A stretch of DNA of 64,000 nucleotides from Syntrophorhabdaceae bacterium (GTDB taxonomy: Bacteria > Desulfobacterota > Syntrophorhabdia > Syntrophorhabdales > Syntrophorhabdaceae). Within the stretch, counting starts at the first letter, position 1. Every line of letters starts with the position of its first letter. A program made the translations under genes and the position numbers. This document shows positions 38,058 through 52,360 of the stretch, piece by piece. The stretch lies in NCBI GenBank assembly GCA_963665295.1, contig OY762209.1, forward strand, positions 4,736,001-4,800,000, written 5' to 3'. The notes beneath the pieces were generated by a model. The model was not told the origin of the DNA, searched no databases, and was given only the letters and a program-made list of their open reading frames with translations.

Positions 38058-39213
38058 ACAGTTCAATTTCGAAGGCTGTCTGTCTTACATCATTGCCTCC
38101 GGCAACGACCGGACCGGGGCCATCATCGACCCTTCCCACGAGTCGGAACCCTATCTCGCTTTTGTGAAAGAGAATGACCTGAAAATCCTCTACGTCGTCG
38201 ATACCCACACCCATGTGGACCACCTATCCCTGGTTCAGGACCTCGCCGACATCCTCGGCGCGACAACCGTGATGAGCCGTAACACACCTCTTCAGAGGAA
38301 GATGGGGGCCGAAGTGTTGGACCTCTTCGGTATCGAAAAGATCATAGAGGCCAACAGCCGGAAGAGAGTCGATATGTACCTCGGGGAAGGAGAGCGTCTC
38401 ACTTTGGGCAACATCTTTCTCGAGGCCCGGCTCACTCCCGGTCATACGAAGGATTCCATGTGCCTCCTTTCCCACGGCAGGGTATTTACGGGGGACACGC
38501 TGATCATCGGTCAGTGCGGCCGCACCGACCTGCCCGGAGGAGACCCCGGAGAGATGCACGAAAGTCTGTTCGGAAAGATCATGGCCCTTTCCGACAGCCT
38601 CATTGTCTGTCCCGCCCACGATTACAGGGGGAACATCAATTCCTCCATGGGTTATGAACGGGTGAACAACGTCTGCCTCAAGACCCCGAGGACCCGTGAG
38701 GAATTTGCCGTATTTCTGAAGGGTCTCTTCCCACCCCTCTCTGCGGGGACCGGCAAACTCCAGTGCGGACTGACCATGGAAAAAGAAGAGGGGCAGGAAG
38801 CCGGGGACCATCTGAACCCTCTTATGAAGAGCTTCTGCATGTCTATGGAACAGTATCTTGAAACACCCCACCAGGCTACCCTCGTAAGGACCGGCGAGCT
38901 TAAGAACAGGCTCGCGGGACACGACAGGCCCGTTATCCTTGACGTAAGAGAGCCTGCGGAGCTTTCAGAGACCGGTTTTATTGAGGGAGCGATCAACATA
39001 CCCGTAAGGGAAGTGGCCCGGCGGGTGGGCGAACTGCCGGGAGGGCTCGCGACCCCCATCGTTGCGGTCTGCGAGAGCGGCATCCGCTCCGCCCATGCGG
39101 CCATCTACCTGAGGGCTTACGGATACACGAATGTGACGAACCTCGAATTCGGGATGCGGGAATGGAGGAGAGAGGGACTTCCCGTCGTGTTTCCCGGAAA
39201 GACCTCCGTATAA
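38047..39213 (+). CDS. MBL-fold hydrolase (persulfide-dioxygenase-like) fused to rhodanese
   Basis: DTHTHVDHLS, TPGHT, FTGDTL..GRTD, PAHDY; C-terminal LDVREP..CESGIRS. Confidence 0.88.
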   Translation: MIFKQFNFEGCLSYIIASGNDRTGAIIDPSHESEPYLAFVKENDLKILYVVDTHTHVDHLSLVQDLADILGATTVMSRNTPLQRKMGAEVLDLFGIEKIIEANSRKRVDMYLGEGERLTLGNIFLEARLTPGHTKDSMCLLSHGRVFTGDTLIIGQCGRTDLPGGDPGEMHESLFGKIMALSDSLIVCPAHDYRGNINSSMGYERVNNVCLKTPRTREEFAVFLKGLFPPLSAGTGKLQCGLTMEKEEGQEAGDHLNPLMKSFCMSMEQYLETPHQATLVRTGELKNRLAGHDRPVILDVREPAELSETGFIEGAINIPVREVARRVGELPGGLATPIVAVCESGIRSAHAAIYLRAYGYTNVTNLEFGMREWRREGLPVVFPGKTSV

Positions 39214-39219
39214 ACGGAT

Positions 39220-40020
39220 ATGAAAGGGCGCGCCCGGAGACCGGTCTTCTTCTGTCTATTCTTCCTTCTTATCGCCTTCAGAGCATATTGCGCAGTCTAC
39301 CCTCCCCAAGGTGGGGACGAGGCTGAAAAGACGACCCAAACCCCTTCAATGGGCCCACAGCCGTGTGTCCCATGTGAGGCCTTCAACAGATTGAATACGC
39401 AGGTACGGGACGGCGCCATAAGCCAGGCGGCCGCCATGAAACAGATGGCGGGACTACTCGCGGCCATAAAAGATTATTATTATGGGGCCGGCGGGAAACA
39501 ATGCACCTCCGCGGAATGGGTTTTCCCTGTGGAAGGCTACGGACCGAAGGCGATAGGGGGAACGGGCGACAAGGGATATAAGGCAGGGGGATATCGTTAT
39601 TTCGACGGCAACCGTCACGGCGGTCATCCCTCTTTCGACATATTCATCCGGGACAGGAACAGGGACGACCTCGACGATGGGGCCCGAAGGCCTGTGAGGG
39701 TCCTTTCCATGACGGGCGGAATAGTCGTGGCACGGGAAACCGCGTGGGACAGGAATAGCCGCCTCAGAGGGGGCGTCTACCTCTGGATATACAGCCCTTC
39801 GGAAGAGGCCCTCGTGTATTACGCGCACAACAGGGAGGTACACGTAGGTGTGGGAGACATTGTCCGGCCCGGCGACCCGGTCGCTACCGTGGGACGCACC
39901 GGATTGAATGCCCATAAAACACGTTCGCCGACCCACCTCCACCTTACGTTCCTGAAAGCAAAGGACGGGCATCCTGTTCCGGTAAACATCTATGCCGAAT
40001 TATTGAAGCGCAAGCCCTGA
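39220..40020 (+). CDS. Secreted M23-family metallopeptidase
   Basis: Signal peptide, HPSFD (HxxxD), YYAH, VGRTG, HLH. Confidence 0.85.
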   Translation: MKGRARRPVFFCLFFLLIAFRAYCAVYPPQGGDEAEKTTQTPSMGPQPCVPCEAFNRLNTQVRDGAISQAAAMKQMAGLLAAIKDYYYGAGGKQCTSAEWVFPVEGYGPKAIGGTGDKGYKAGGYRYFDGNRHGGHPSFDIFIRDRNRDDLDDGARRPVRVLSMTGGIVVARETAWDRNSRLRGGVYLWIYSPSEEALVYYAHNREVHVGVGDIVRPGDPVATVGRTGLNAHKTRSPTHLHLTFLKAKDGHPVPVNIYAELLKRKP

Positions 40021-40082
40021 GAGGCTCTTGCCCGGCGCATTGCATGGGAAAAAGGGGAGGCGGATGAACGGACCGGAGGACC

Positions 40083-41474
40083 CTACTGGAGTTTTCTGTC
40101 CCTCGATGAATGGATGTGCAGTTCGTCCCTGTACTTCGCTATGGTCCGACGTGCGATTTTTATGTTGTGTTTCTCTCTTAAGACCGTAACGATCTCATCA
40201 TCGGTCAGGGGGGCAGCCTTGTCCTCGTCTTTCACGATTTCCGAGATTATACCCATAACGACGTTCGTGGACAGCTCATTTCCTTCTTCCCTGCCGATGC
40301 CGGTGGGAAAGAAAAACTTCATTTCGTAAATGCCCTGGGGCGTGCTCATGTATTTGTTCGTGGTAATCCTGCTTACCGTCGATTCGTGCACCCCTATGTC
40401 CTGCGCCACATCCTTGAGGATCAGCGGTTTCAGGCATTTGACGCCCTTCTCGAAAAATTCCCCCTGGAACGCGACGATGCTCTTTGCCACGAGGTAGAGC
40501 GTTCTTTGCCGCTGCTGAAGGCTTTTTATAAACCATTCAGCCTGTTTTACTTTCTGTTTTATATACTTCCTCGCATCACCGTTTGTGCCCTTGTTCATAT
40601 AGAGTTCGATGTAGTGCTTGTTCATCCGAAGCTCCGGCAGGTCCTCCTCGTTGAGAAAAACCTCGAATTCGCCCTCCTTCTTTGCCACGTAGACATCGGG
40701 GATCATGTAAAAGACATGATCGTCCCCATAATTCCTTCCGGGCTTGGGATCGTAACTCTTTATCTTGTCCACGATGTGCTTCACGAGGTCAATGGGATAT
40801 CCGGTCTTCTTCACGATATCCTTCAGGTTACCTTTTTCTACCAGATCGAAATATTTCGTAAGAAAATCCTCGAATATGGGGTCTTTGTCTCCTCCCGCCC
40901 TATACTGTATGAGGATACACTCCCTTACGTCCCTGGCCCCGACCCCGGGAGGGTCAAGTTTCTGGACCTTGAGGAGAATCTTTTCCAGGTCTTCTTCAGA
41001 ATAACCCGAAACACCCGATATCTCGGAAAGGGGGTATGCGAGGTATCCGTTGTCATCAATGTTTTCGAGAATCCACTCGGCAATAATCCGCTCTTCGGCA
41101 CTAAAATCGGAGAGTCCCACCTGCCATCTCAGGTAATCCCTGAGGTTGGTGCCCTTGCTTACCATATTCTCGTAGTCCGGGTATTCCCGGTCTTCGAAAC
41201 TGGAGTAATCGGAAGATATCTCTTCCGACGCCGAATACCTTTCCAGCCATTCGGCCATGTCGTCCTTCTCTTCCGGTGCTTCTTCCGTCTTCTCCTCGAG
41301 GCGTTCCTCCGCCGGCTCTCCTTCCTGGAGTTCCAGAACGGGGTTTTCGTTAAGCTCGAGTTCGATGGCTTCCACCAACTCCAACTGGGAAAGCTGCAGA
41401 AGCTTTATCGCTTGCTGAAGCTGTTGCGTGAGTATGGGGGAAAGCCTCTGAGTCTGTTTAAGTCCCAACATCAA
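40083..41474 (-). CDS. rpoN: RNA polymerase sigma-54 factor
   Basis: QLQQAIKLLQL, HESTVSR, RpoN box ARRTIAKYR. Confidence 0.97.
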   Translation of the reverse strand: MMLGLKQTQRLSPILTQQLQQAIKLLQLSQLELVEAIELELNENPVLELQEGEPAEERLEEKTEEAPEEKDDMAEWLERYSASEEISSDYSSFEDREYPDYENMVSKGTNLRDYLRWQVGLSDFSAEERIIAEWILENIDDNGYLAYPLSEISGVSGYSEEDLEKILLKVQKLDPPGVGARDVRECILIQYRAGGDKDPIFEDFLTKYFDLVEKGNLKDIVKKTGYPIDLVKHIVDKIKSYDPKPGRNYGDDHVFYMIPDVYVAKKEGEFEVFLNEEDLPELRMNKHYIELYMNKGTNGDARKYIKQKVKQAEWFIKSLQQRQRTLYLVAKSIVAFQGEFFEKGVKCLKPLILKDVAQDIGVHESTVSRITTNKYMSTPQGIYEMKFFFPTGIGREEGNELSTNVVMGIISEIVKDEDKAAPLTDDEIVTVLREKHNIKIARRTIAKYRDELHIHSSRDRKLQ

Positions 41475-42201
41475 TGTAAAATTCCTCTCCTAAATAGACC
41501 TCTCGCACTATCTTGTCTTTTGCCACATCTTCGGGGCTGCCCTCGAGGAGCACCTTCCCGTTGTTTACCACATAGGCCCGGTCACATATGGGCAGGGAAT
41601 CCCTCACATTGTGATCCGAGAGAAGTATGCCGATTTTTTTGCTCCTCAATCCGCTGATTACCTTTTTCAAATCCGAGACCGATATGGGGTCGATGCCTGA
41701 AAAAGGTTCATCGAGGAGCATGAAGTGAGGATTGGTCATGAGAGCCCGCGCTATTTCAAGCCTTCTCCTCTCGCCACCGGAAAGGGAGTCGGCATTATTG
41801 CGGGCCAGATGTTCCAGTTTGAAGGATTCAAGAATCTCCATCACCTTGTGGTCCATCAACTCCTTATCCACATCATGAAATTCCAGAATGGCCTTGAGGT
41901 TGTCCGCCACGCTCATCTTCTTGAATACCGACGGCTCCTGGGGAAGGTAAGTGATCCCCTTCCTCGCCCTCATGAACATGGGAAGGGACGTGATATCCTC
42001 AGTATCGAGCAGAATACTCCCTCCATTGGGTTTTATGAAACCGATTATCATATAAAAGGTGGTTGTCTTTCCGGCCCCGTTCGGCCCGAACAATCCCACC
42101 GTTTCGCCCGTATTTATATGTATGCTGATCCCGTCCACCACCCTCCTCGAGTTGTAGGACTTGGCCAGGTTCCGGGCAAAGAGCGTCGAAACCTCCGTCA
42201 T
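41458..42201 (-). CDS. lptB: LPS export ABC ATPase
   Basis: GPNGAGKTT, YLPQE, LSGGERRR, LLDEPF; upstream of rpoN. Confidence 0.93.
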   Translation of the reverse strand: MTEVSTLFARNLAKSYNSRRVVDGISIHINTGETVGLFGPNGAGKTTTFYMIIGFIKPNGGSILLDTEDITSLPMFMRARKGITYLPQEPSVFKKMSVADNLKAILEFHDVDKELMDHKVMEILESFKLEHLARNNADSLSGGERRRLEIARALMTNPHFMLLDEPFSGIDPISVSDLKKVISGLRSKKIGILLSDHNVRDSLPICDRAYVVNNGKVLLEGSPEDVAKDKIVREVYLGEEFYIDVGT

Positions 42202-43115
42202 TGTTTTTCTATCCTCATTTTTGGCCTGTTTACCGAGAATTTCCCCTCAGAAACGCTATACGCGATGGAGTCGCCATCCATCTCGACCTTGTCCTTGGTC
42301 ACCTTCGGGGACCCGGTCATCAAGACCTTGTCATCCTTAAAATGATATACTGACTTGTCACTTTTCGCAATAGTCCCTTTTGAAGCGAGGGTTACCCTTC
42401 CGATTGCATCGACCCGTTCCATTTCATTGTCCTTACTGTGGACATACAGCTTGTCGCAGTGCAGGTCCATATCCTTACCTTTCATGGCAACCCGGCCTTC
42501 CAGGATATAGATATTTTCCTTCAGGTGATACGAGAACCTGTCGGACTCGAAATTGTAACGCCCCTTGCCGCTCTCTATGAAACCGGTCACATTCTTGTCT
42601 ATGTTTATCGTCTGGGCATTTGTGTTGGCCGTGAGCCCAATGCCGTTCAGGCTCAGCTTGGCCCCCTCGATGACTACCGGCGCGTCGGTATGGGTATACC
42701 CCTTCTTGAAATCAAAGTCCATGTATTTCGTCTTCAGACTGTACTCGTCTTTATAGACGATATGCACATCGGTCATGCTACCTCTTTCCTGATCCGTGTC
42801 CATTCTCCCCTTTGAACCGGTGAAAAGGACGGTGGCATCCGGCTTCGGCTTGTACTGCCCTTCGATAGCCTCCATCTCGACTTCCGGCTTATCGATAAAT
42901 TTGCGCGCAATTTTTGCCTTGATCTGCCATTCCACCTCGCCTTTCTTCTCCCCGGAGTAATGAACGTCCTTGAAGACGATGGCCTTTGTCCCTTCGTCCA
43001 CCTTCGGGGTGGCCACTCTCTGCGGTTTCTTGGCAAAAAAGTAGAGGGCAAGTGCGAAGCTCACGATGATAACGCCTATGGCGATATATACAGTCAGGTC
43101 CCTTTTATTTTTCAT
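42198..43115 (-). CDS. LptC-LptA(OstA) fusion protein
   Basis: N-terminal TM, LptC-like beta region, then OstA-like region (LHCDKL..AIGRV..KVLMTGSPKV..GDSI); occupies the lptC/lptA slot. Confidence 0.75.
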   Translation of the reverse strand: MKNKRDLTVYIAIGVIIVSFALALYFFAKKPQRVATPKVDEGTKAIVFKDVHYSGEKKGEVEWQIKAKIARKFIDKPEVEMEAIEGQYKPKPDATVLFTGSKGRMDTDQERGSMTDVHIVYKDEYSLKTKYMDFDFKKGYTHTDAPVVIEGAKLSLNGIGLTANTNAQTINIDKNVTGFIESGKGRYNFESDRFSYHLKENIYILEGRVAMKGKDMDLHCDKLYVHSKDNEMERVDAIGRVTLASKGTIAKSDKSVYHFKDDKVLMTGSPKVTKDKVEMDGDSIAYSVSEGKFSVNRPKMRIEKQ

Positions 43116-43195
43116 CTGTCCCCGTGTGGCGGATCTTCCGGTCTACCGGCCGCAACGCGTACCGGCTGCCTGTGAATCGTCAGCCCCAATTCCCC

Positions 43196-44160
43196 CTACA
43201 CTATCTTCGCCCTCAAAAGGTCGTGGATGTGGATAATCCCTATAGGCAGCCTGTCCCCTTCCCGCTCGACCACGAAAAGGGATGTAATGGAGAACTCCTC
43301 CATCTTCTTGAGGGCATACGCGGCAAGGGAATCCTTTCTTATCCCTTTCGGGTTGCCGGTCATTACATCTCCGGCCTTTTTGACGAGAAGGTTTTCATGT
43401 TTCTCTATGGCCCTCCTCAGGTCGCCGTCGGTAACGACCCCTACCAGCTCGCCGGCGGTGTTCAGGACTCCTGCCACACCAAGCCTCTTCGAGGTGATCT
43501 CGAGGATCACTTCTTTCATGAGACTCTCCTCGCCGACTTTCGGTATGGCTTCCCCGGTATGCATAAGGTCCTCCACCTTGAGGAGTAGTTTTCTGCCTAA
43601 CGAGCCACCCGGGTGAAGGGATGCAAAATCCTCGGGCTTGAATTCTCTTTTTTCCATCAATGCGACGGCCATGGCGTCTCCAAGGGCCAGCGCCGCGGTG
43701 GTGCTCGAGGTGGGCACCAGATTGTAAGGACACGCTTCGTCCACTTTCACGTTGAGGACCACGTCCCCATGGGCCGCTATAGTGGAATTGACGCCCCCTG
43801 TTACCACTATGGTGGCAAGGTCCATCCTCTTGATCCACGGGAGAATCTTGACTACCTCTTCCGTCTCACCGCTGTTGCTCACAATGAGGAGCACATCCCC
43901 TTTCTGCAACATGCCGAGGTCCCCGTGAAGGGAATCTCCCGGGTGGAGAAAGAGCGCGGGTGTGCCCACGCTTGAAAGGGTCGATGCGATCTTCTTACAG
44001 ATGAGCCCGGATTTTCCCACACCCAGAACTACGACCCGTCCGTTGCAGCCATGTATTATATCGATTGCCCTGTCGAAAGTCTCGTCGAGTCTCTCCATAA
44101 CGTGGAGGATCGCTTCCGCTTCCTTCCTCAGCACTTCCTTGCCGGTCTTGAGGAGGGTGC

Positions 44161-44164
<4 letters not shown>
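43196..44164 (-). CDS. kdsD: Arabinose-5-phosphate isomerase (SIS + CBS)
   Basis: GVGKSG, HGDLG, SNSGET, PTSST, HPGGSLG, CBS pair. Confidence 0.93.
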
Positions 44165-47806
<3,642 letters not shown>

Positions 47807-47837
47807 GACACCGTAATCATGGGAATGTCGGCGGGTT

Positions 47838-49127
47838 TCATGAGTTGCCTTCTTCTATCCTTATGTGTACGCTCTCCCCCTTCACAAAGGATAGTGTGTC
47901 AATTTCGGCCTTGGCCTTTTTCAGGCTCTTTTCGATTGCTTCGTGGGTAACGATCACAAGGGGCACGTGACCGATCTCCTTTCTTCCCTTCTGGATCACC
48001 GACGAGAGGCTTATATTGTAATTCGCCAGTATTCCTGCTATTTTGGAGAGCACACCAGGCCTGTCTTCAACAGTGAACCTCATATAATAAGGGAAAGACG
48101 ATTCCTCGCTTGTCCGCATACGCCTGTCACCTTGAGAGAGGGGCAACACCACCCTCGGGGCCTTTGCCTTGAGTCTCGACGCCATGTCCACGATATCACT
48201 TACCACTGCACTCCCCGTGGGGTCACTGCCCGCGCCTCGTCCGTAGTACAGGGTCGGACCCACCTTGTCGCCTACCACGTAGGTCGCATTGAAAACGCCG
48301 TTCACGTTGCTCATGGGATGGGCTACCGGTATCATGGCAGGTTCCACCCTCGCGTCGATCAACCCGTTTTCTTCCTTTCCCACTCCGAGAAGCTTTATCC
48401 TGTAACCGAACTCGCGGGCAAACTCGATGTCTATGGGCTCTATCTTCGATATGCCTCTCGTGGCGATATCGCTCATCTCCACGGGATAATGAAATGCAAG
48501 GCGGAGCAGGATGCACAGCTTGTGCGCCGCGTCTATGCCTTCGATATCGAGGGTCGGGTCCTTTTCCGCGAAGCCCAGCCGCTGCGCCTCGGCGAGTGCC
48601 GTACCGAAGGATATACCCTCTTCCGTCATTTTCGTGAGGATGTAATTGCAGGTGCCGTTAAGGATGCCGAGGATATAGTTGATCCTGTTTCCCACCAGGC
48701 CGTCCCGTATGGCCCGGATTACCGGGATGCCTCCACACACGGAGGCTTCAAAGCCTATCTCGCTCCCCTCTTCTTCGACAAGGCGGAATATCTCGTCCCC
48801 CCGCTCCGCAAGAAGGGCCTTGTTTGCGGTAACGACCCATTTCTTTCTCTTCAGCGCCTCTGAGATATAATCGAAGGCACGGTCCACGCCTCCCACAAGT
48901 TCGACCACGATGTCCACACGGTCATCCTCGATCAACTCCTGCACATTGCGGGTGAGAAGGCCTTTTTCCAGGGGTACGCCCCTGTCTGTCTCAATGTCTA
49001 TGTCCGCAATCCTCACGACCTCAAGGTCCGCGCCCGTTCTCTGTTTTATGAGGGACTTGTACTCCCTGAGGATTTTGTACGTACCAATACCGACGGTTCC
49101 TAAGCCTATGATTCCTATTCCGGTCAT
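47838..49127 (-). CDS. hom: Homoserine dehydrogenase with C-terminal ACT domain
   Basis: [33 protein letters not shown]. Confidence 0.95.
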   Translation of the reverse strand: MTGIGIIGLGTVGIGTYKILREYKSLIKQRTGADLEVVRIADIDIETDRGVPLEKGLLTRNVQELIEDDRVDIVVELVGGVDRAFDYISEALKRKKWVVTANKALLAERGDEIFRLVEEEGSEIGFEASVCGGIPVIRAIRDGLVGNRINYILGILNGTCNYILTKMTEEGISFGTALAEAQRLGFAEKDPTLDIEGIDAAHKLCILLRLAFHYPVEMSDIATRGISKIEPIDIEFAREFGYRIKLLGVGKEENGLIDARVEPAMIPVAHPMSNVNGVFNATYVVGDKVGPTLYYGRGAGSDPTGSAVVSDIVDMASRLKAKAPRVVLPLSQGDRRMRTSEESSFPYYMRFTVEDRPGVLSKIAGILANYNISLSSVIQKGRKEIGHVPLVIVTHEAIEKSLKKAKAEIDTLSFVKGESVHIRIEEGNS

Positions 49128-50308
49128 TTTTTATCTGCTGAGTATAGAAGATTCCTTATACCTTTTACAGCTTGTTTGATCCTGTGTTCATTCTCTATGA
49201 GGGCAAACCGTACATATCCCTCGCCGTATTCTCCAAAACCGATGCCCGGGGATGTGGCAACCTTCGCCTCCTGAAGCAGGAGTTTCGAGAATTCGATGGA
49301 TCCCATCGACTCGAAGGCCTCAGGTATCTTTCCCCACACGAACATGGTCGCCTTTGGTTTCTCCACTTCCCATCCGTAACGGTAGAGCCCTTCGCAGAGC
49401 GCATCTCTCCTGCCCCTGTACTTCTCCACTATCTCGGCCACATCCGAATCGCACTCGTTCAACGCAATGATCGATGCGATCTGGATAGGTTGGAATACAC
49501 CGTAATCAAAGTAGCTCTTGATCCGGCTCAAGGCGTTTATCATCTTTGCATTACCTACCGCGAACCCTACTCTCCATCCCGGCATACTGTAGCTCTTCGA
49601 GAGGGAGAAAAATTCAACGCCCACGTCCTTTGCCCCTTCAACCTCGAGGAAGCTCGGCGCACGGTAACCGTCGAATACGAGGTCTGCGTAGGCAAGGTCG
49701 TGAACCACCATCAGATCGTGCTCCTTCGCAAAGGCAACGATCTTCTTGAAAAACTCCAGATCCACAACTTCCGTGGTAGGGTTGTTGGGGAAACTGATTA
49801 TGAGCATCCTTGGCTGGGGCCACGTGGTCTTTATGGCCACGTTCAGCCTGTCGAAAAACTCTTCTTTCGGCAGAAGCGGTATGGTCCGGAGGTCTCCTCC
49901 GGCGATCACCACCGAATAGGTGTGTATCGGGTATGCCGGTCCAGGGACAAAGACTACCTCTCCCTGGCTGATGGTGGCGAGCACGAGGTGGCCGATACCT
50001 TCCTTTGCCCCCATGGTGACCACAATTTCCGTTTCAGGGTCGACATCCACGTTGAATTTTCTCTTGTACCAGGCCGCGATGGCGGTCCTCAGCTTCTGAA
50101 TACCCTTGGTCACCGAGTACCTGTGGTTCTTCGGGTTCCTCGCCGCTTCCACGAGCTTGGAAACAATGCGCTTCGGCGTGGCAAGATCGGGGTTTCCCAT
50201 GCCGAGGTCGATAATGTCCTCGCCCCTCTTCCGCGCCTCGATAAGAAGGTCTCTCACTATGGCGAACGTGTAGGGCGGGAGTCTCGATATCCTGTAGAAA
50301 TCGTCCAT
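49124..50308 (-). CDS. Class I/II PLP aminotransferase (AlaC/DapL-like)
   Basis: [33 protein letters not shown]. Confidence 0.9.
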   Translation of the reverse strand: MDDFYRISRLPPYTFAIVRDLLIEARKRGEDIIDLGMGNPDLATPKRIVSKLVEAARNPKNHRYSVTKGIQKLRTAIAAWYKRKFNVDVDPETEIVVTMGAKEGIGHLVLATISQGEVVFVPGPAYPIHTYSVVIAGGDLRTIPLLPKEEFFDRLNVAIKTTWPQPRMLIISFPNNPTTEVVDLEFFKKIVAFAKEHDLMVVHDLAYADLVFDGYRAPSFLEVEGAKDVGVEFFSLSKSYSMPGWRVGFAVGNAKMINALSRIKSYFDYGVFQPIQIASIIALNECDSDVAEIVEKYRGRRDALCEGLYRYGWEVEKPKATMFVWGKIPEAFESMGSIEFSKLLLQEAKVATSPGIGFGEYGEGYVRFALIENEHRIKQAVKGIRNLLYSADKK

Positions 50309-50409
50309 TTAGGTCAAAAATACCATATAACCGGATGAACAATCAATACCAAAAGAAAACGCAGGTTTATCCGGACCCTTGTGGCTGTTGGGAAGAACCG
50401 GCAGGATGG

Positions 50410-50892
50410 TTACAGCTTATATCCGAACCTGCGCAGAAGGTCTTTTCGTGCTTCCTTGTCCTCGTCCTTTTCGATGCCTTTCGGGCGGGCGCCGTCGATC
50501 ACCCCCAGAATGCCGTTTCCGTCCTCACCAACGGCGAGAATCACCTCGAGGGGGTTTGCGGTCGCACAGACTATGTGACACACTTCCTGGCACGCCTTAA
50601 GGGCATTAAGCACGTTGATAGGGAAGCCGTCCTTGAGGTAAATGACGAAGGTATGCCCCGCGGAAAGGGCTAAAGAAGTCTCCGAGGCAAGTTTCGTGAG
50701 GGCTTCGTCGTTGCCCTCGTACCTTATCAGGCAGGGTCCGCTCGCTTCCGAAAAAGCGACGCCGAACTTGAGCTGAGGGGAAGCGCCTACAAGGATCTCA
50801 TACATGTCTTCCACGGTCTTTACAAAATGGGATTGTCCCACGATAATATTCAGCCCTTCCGGAACATCGATCTTTACTGTCTTTATCTCCAT
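50410..50892 (-). CDS. Adenosine-specific kinase family protein (DUF355)
   Basis: GQSHFVKTVED, FSEASG, AGHTF, CATANP, GVIDG, FGYK. Confidence 0.88.
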   Translation of the reverse strand: MEIKTVKIDVPEGLNIIVGQSHFVKTVEDMYEILVGASPQLKFGVAFSEASGPCLIRYEGNDEALTKLASETSLALSAGHTFVIYLKDGFPINVLNALKACQEVCHIVCATANPLEVILAVGEDGNGILGVIDGARPKGIEKDEDKEARKDLLRRFGYKL

Positions 50893-50977
50893 TTTCTCCA
50901 TCCTCCTCAGTCGGATTCCCACGGGTACCTGCCCGTGGAGGGGTTTTCACAAGTCTCTGCGGCAAAATTCGCTTTCC

Positions 50978-51907
50978 TCAGCCTTTTGTGCCGGTCTTCT
51001 TCTCGAATGGCCTGTCCTTCCCGAAATCGGGCACAAAGAGGGACGCACTCTCCAGTTCCTGAACGAACACGTTCAGGAACCCATATGTGTTGAGGAGGTC
51101 GATAAGCACATTATACTCCTCCTCCGTGATTCTACGGTCCAGCATGGGGTACGTGGATGCGTTATAGAGGGGACAGTACTGGGCCATGAGGCTCATGAAG
51201 GTCTGGGGGCCGAGATTGTCCCTGATCCACGTCACCACTTCCCTGGAGCCTGCGAGGTTATTGGGGAGTACAAGGTGGCGGACAAGGAGTCCGCGCCGGG
51301 CAATCCCGTTTTCGATCACCAGGTCTCCTACCTGGGCCTTCATCTCGAGGATGGCCTTCTTTGCCCACACCGGGTACTCGTGGGCGTCCGAAAGAAGCCT
51401 CCCCATTCTATGGCTCGCGTATTTGAAATCAGGGACGTAGATATCGATCAGGCCGTTCAGAAGTCTGAGGGCTTCCACATTCTCATAGGCATTCGTGTTG
51501 TAGAGAAAGGGAAGGCCGAGGCCCTCTTTTCGCGCCGCCTTGATGGCCGATGCGATAAAGGGCATGTAGGGGGTGGGGCTCACCAGATTTATGTTGTGAA
51601 CACCCTGCTCTTTGAGTACGAAGAATATTTTCACCAAACCGGCGACATCGTGCCGCCCGCCCTCCAGTTGATGACTGATCTGGTAGTTCTGGCAGTAGAT
51701 GCACTTCAAGTTGCAGGAAGCGAAAAAGATATTGCCCGATCCCTTCTCTCCCGAAACAGGCGGCTCTTCGCCGAAGTGCGGGCCGTAATGGGCGATAACG
51801 ACCTCATTCGTCACATTACAATAGCCTTTGCGTCCCCTTGACCTGTTCGCCTTGCACCGCCTCGGGCACAACTCGCATTTCCTGAGATGGGAATTGAGAT
51901 CATCCAT
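50978..51907 (-). CDS. PflX-like radical SAM protein
   Basis: CELCPRRC, HFGEEPP, CNLKCIYCQN, LVRHLVLP, MAQY. Confidence 0.88.
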   Translation of the reverse strand: MDDLNSHLRKCELCPRRCKANRSRGRKGYCNVTNEVVIAHYGPHFGEEPPVSGEKGSGNIFFASCNLKCIYCQNYQISHQLEGGRHDVAGLVKIFFVLKEQGVHNINLVSPTPYMPFIASAIKAARKEGLGLPFLYNTNAYENVEALRLLNGLIDIYVPDFKYASHRMGRLLSDAHEYPVWAKKAILEMKAQVGDLVIENGIARRGLLVRHLVLPNNLAGSREVVTWIRDNLGPQTFMSLMAQYCPLYNASTYPMLDRRITEEEYNVLIDLLNTYGFLNVFVQELESASLFVPDFGKDRPFEKKTGTKG

Positions 51908-52286
51908 AACGATATTATATCAGAAAAAAGCCCGCAAAATAAAGTCCGGCAGGCCTTCGTGACAGAGCCCCCGCCAGGGACGCGCATCCAGTGGCAGACC
52001 GGACATCCACGGGCCGAACCTGTTCTCATTCTACGCAGCGTATCTCCTGACATGGGGCCCTCCGGAAAGAAACAAATAGACGGACCGGCCCGGAAGAAGG
52101 GACCGCAAGTCCGTGGAGGACGGAAAACATGACCGTCCATCCCCTGCAAAGGGGATAACCGATGAAGATAAGGGAATTGCCCGGAGCCTTCACAGGCCAG
52201 GCACTGATAATCACGGTGAGCGGATGCACCGGTACGGGGTCGGCGAGGGCAAGGCCGGGACTCGTGGAGGCAGAGGTATTCGTTGA

Positions 52287-52346
52287 GGCGGGGGAAGGGA
52301 CTATTGCCGAAAGGATCAAAATCCGGCCATAGCCCTTTCCCCCGCC
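52287..52346. terminator. Long GC hairpin downstream of the carbonic anhydrase gene
   Basis: ggcgggggaaggg-actat-tgccg .. cggc-catag-ccctttcccccgcc inverted repeat; no clear U-tract. Confidence 0.45.
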
Positions 52347-52360
52347 CTGCTATCTCCCAT

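Noticed and set aside
52162..52332. 56-aa ORF with SD GGGGA and a VSGC lipobox-like motif
   Set aside because: The hydrophobic region is weak and the 3' part coincides with a terminator-like hairpin; no recognisable family.
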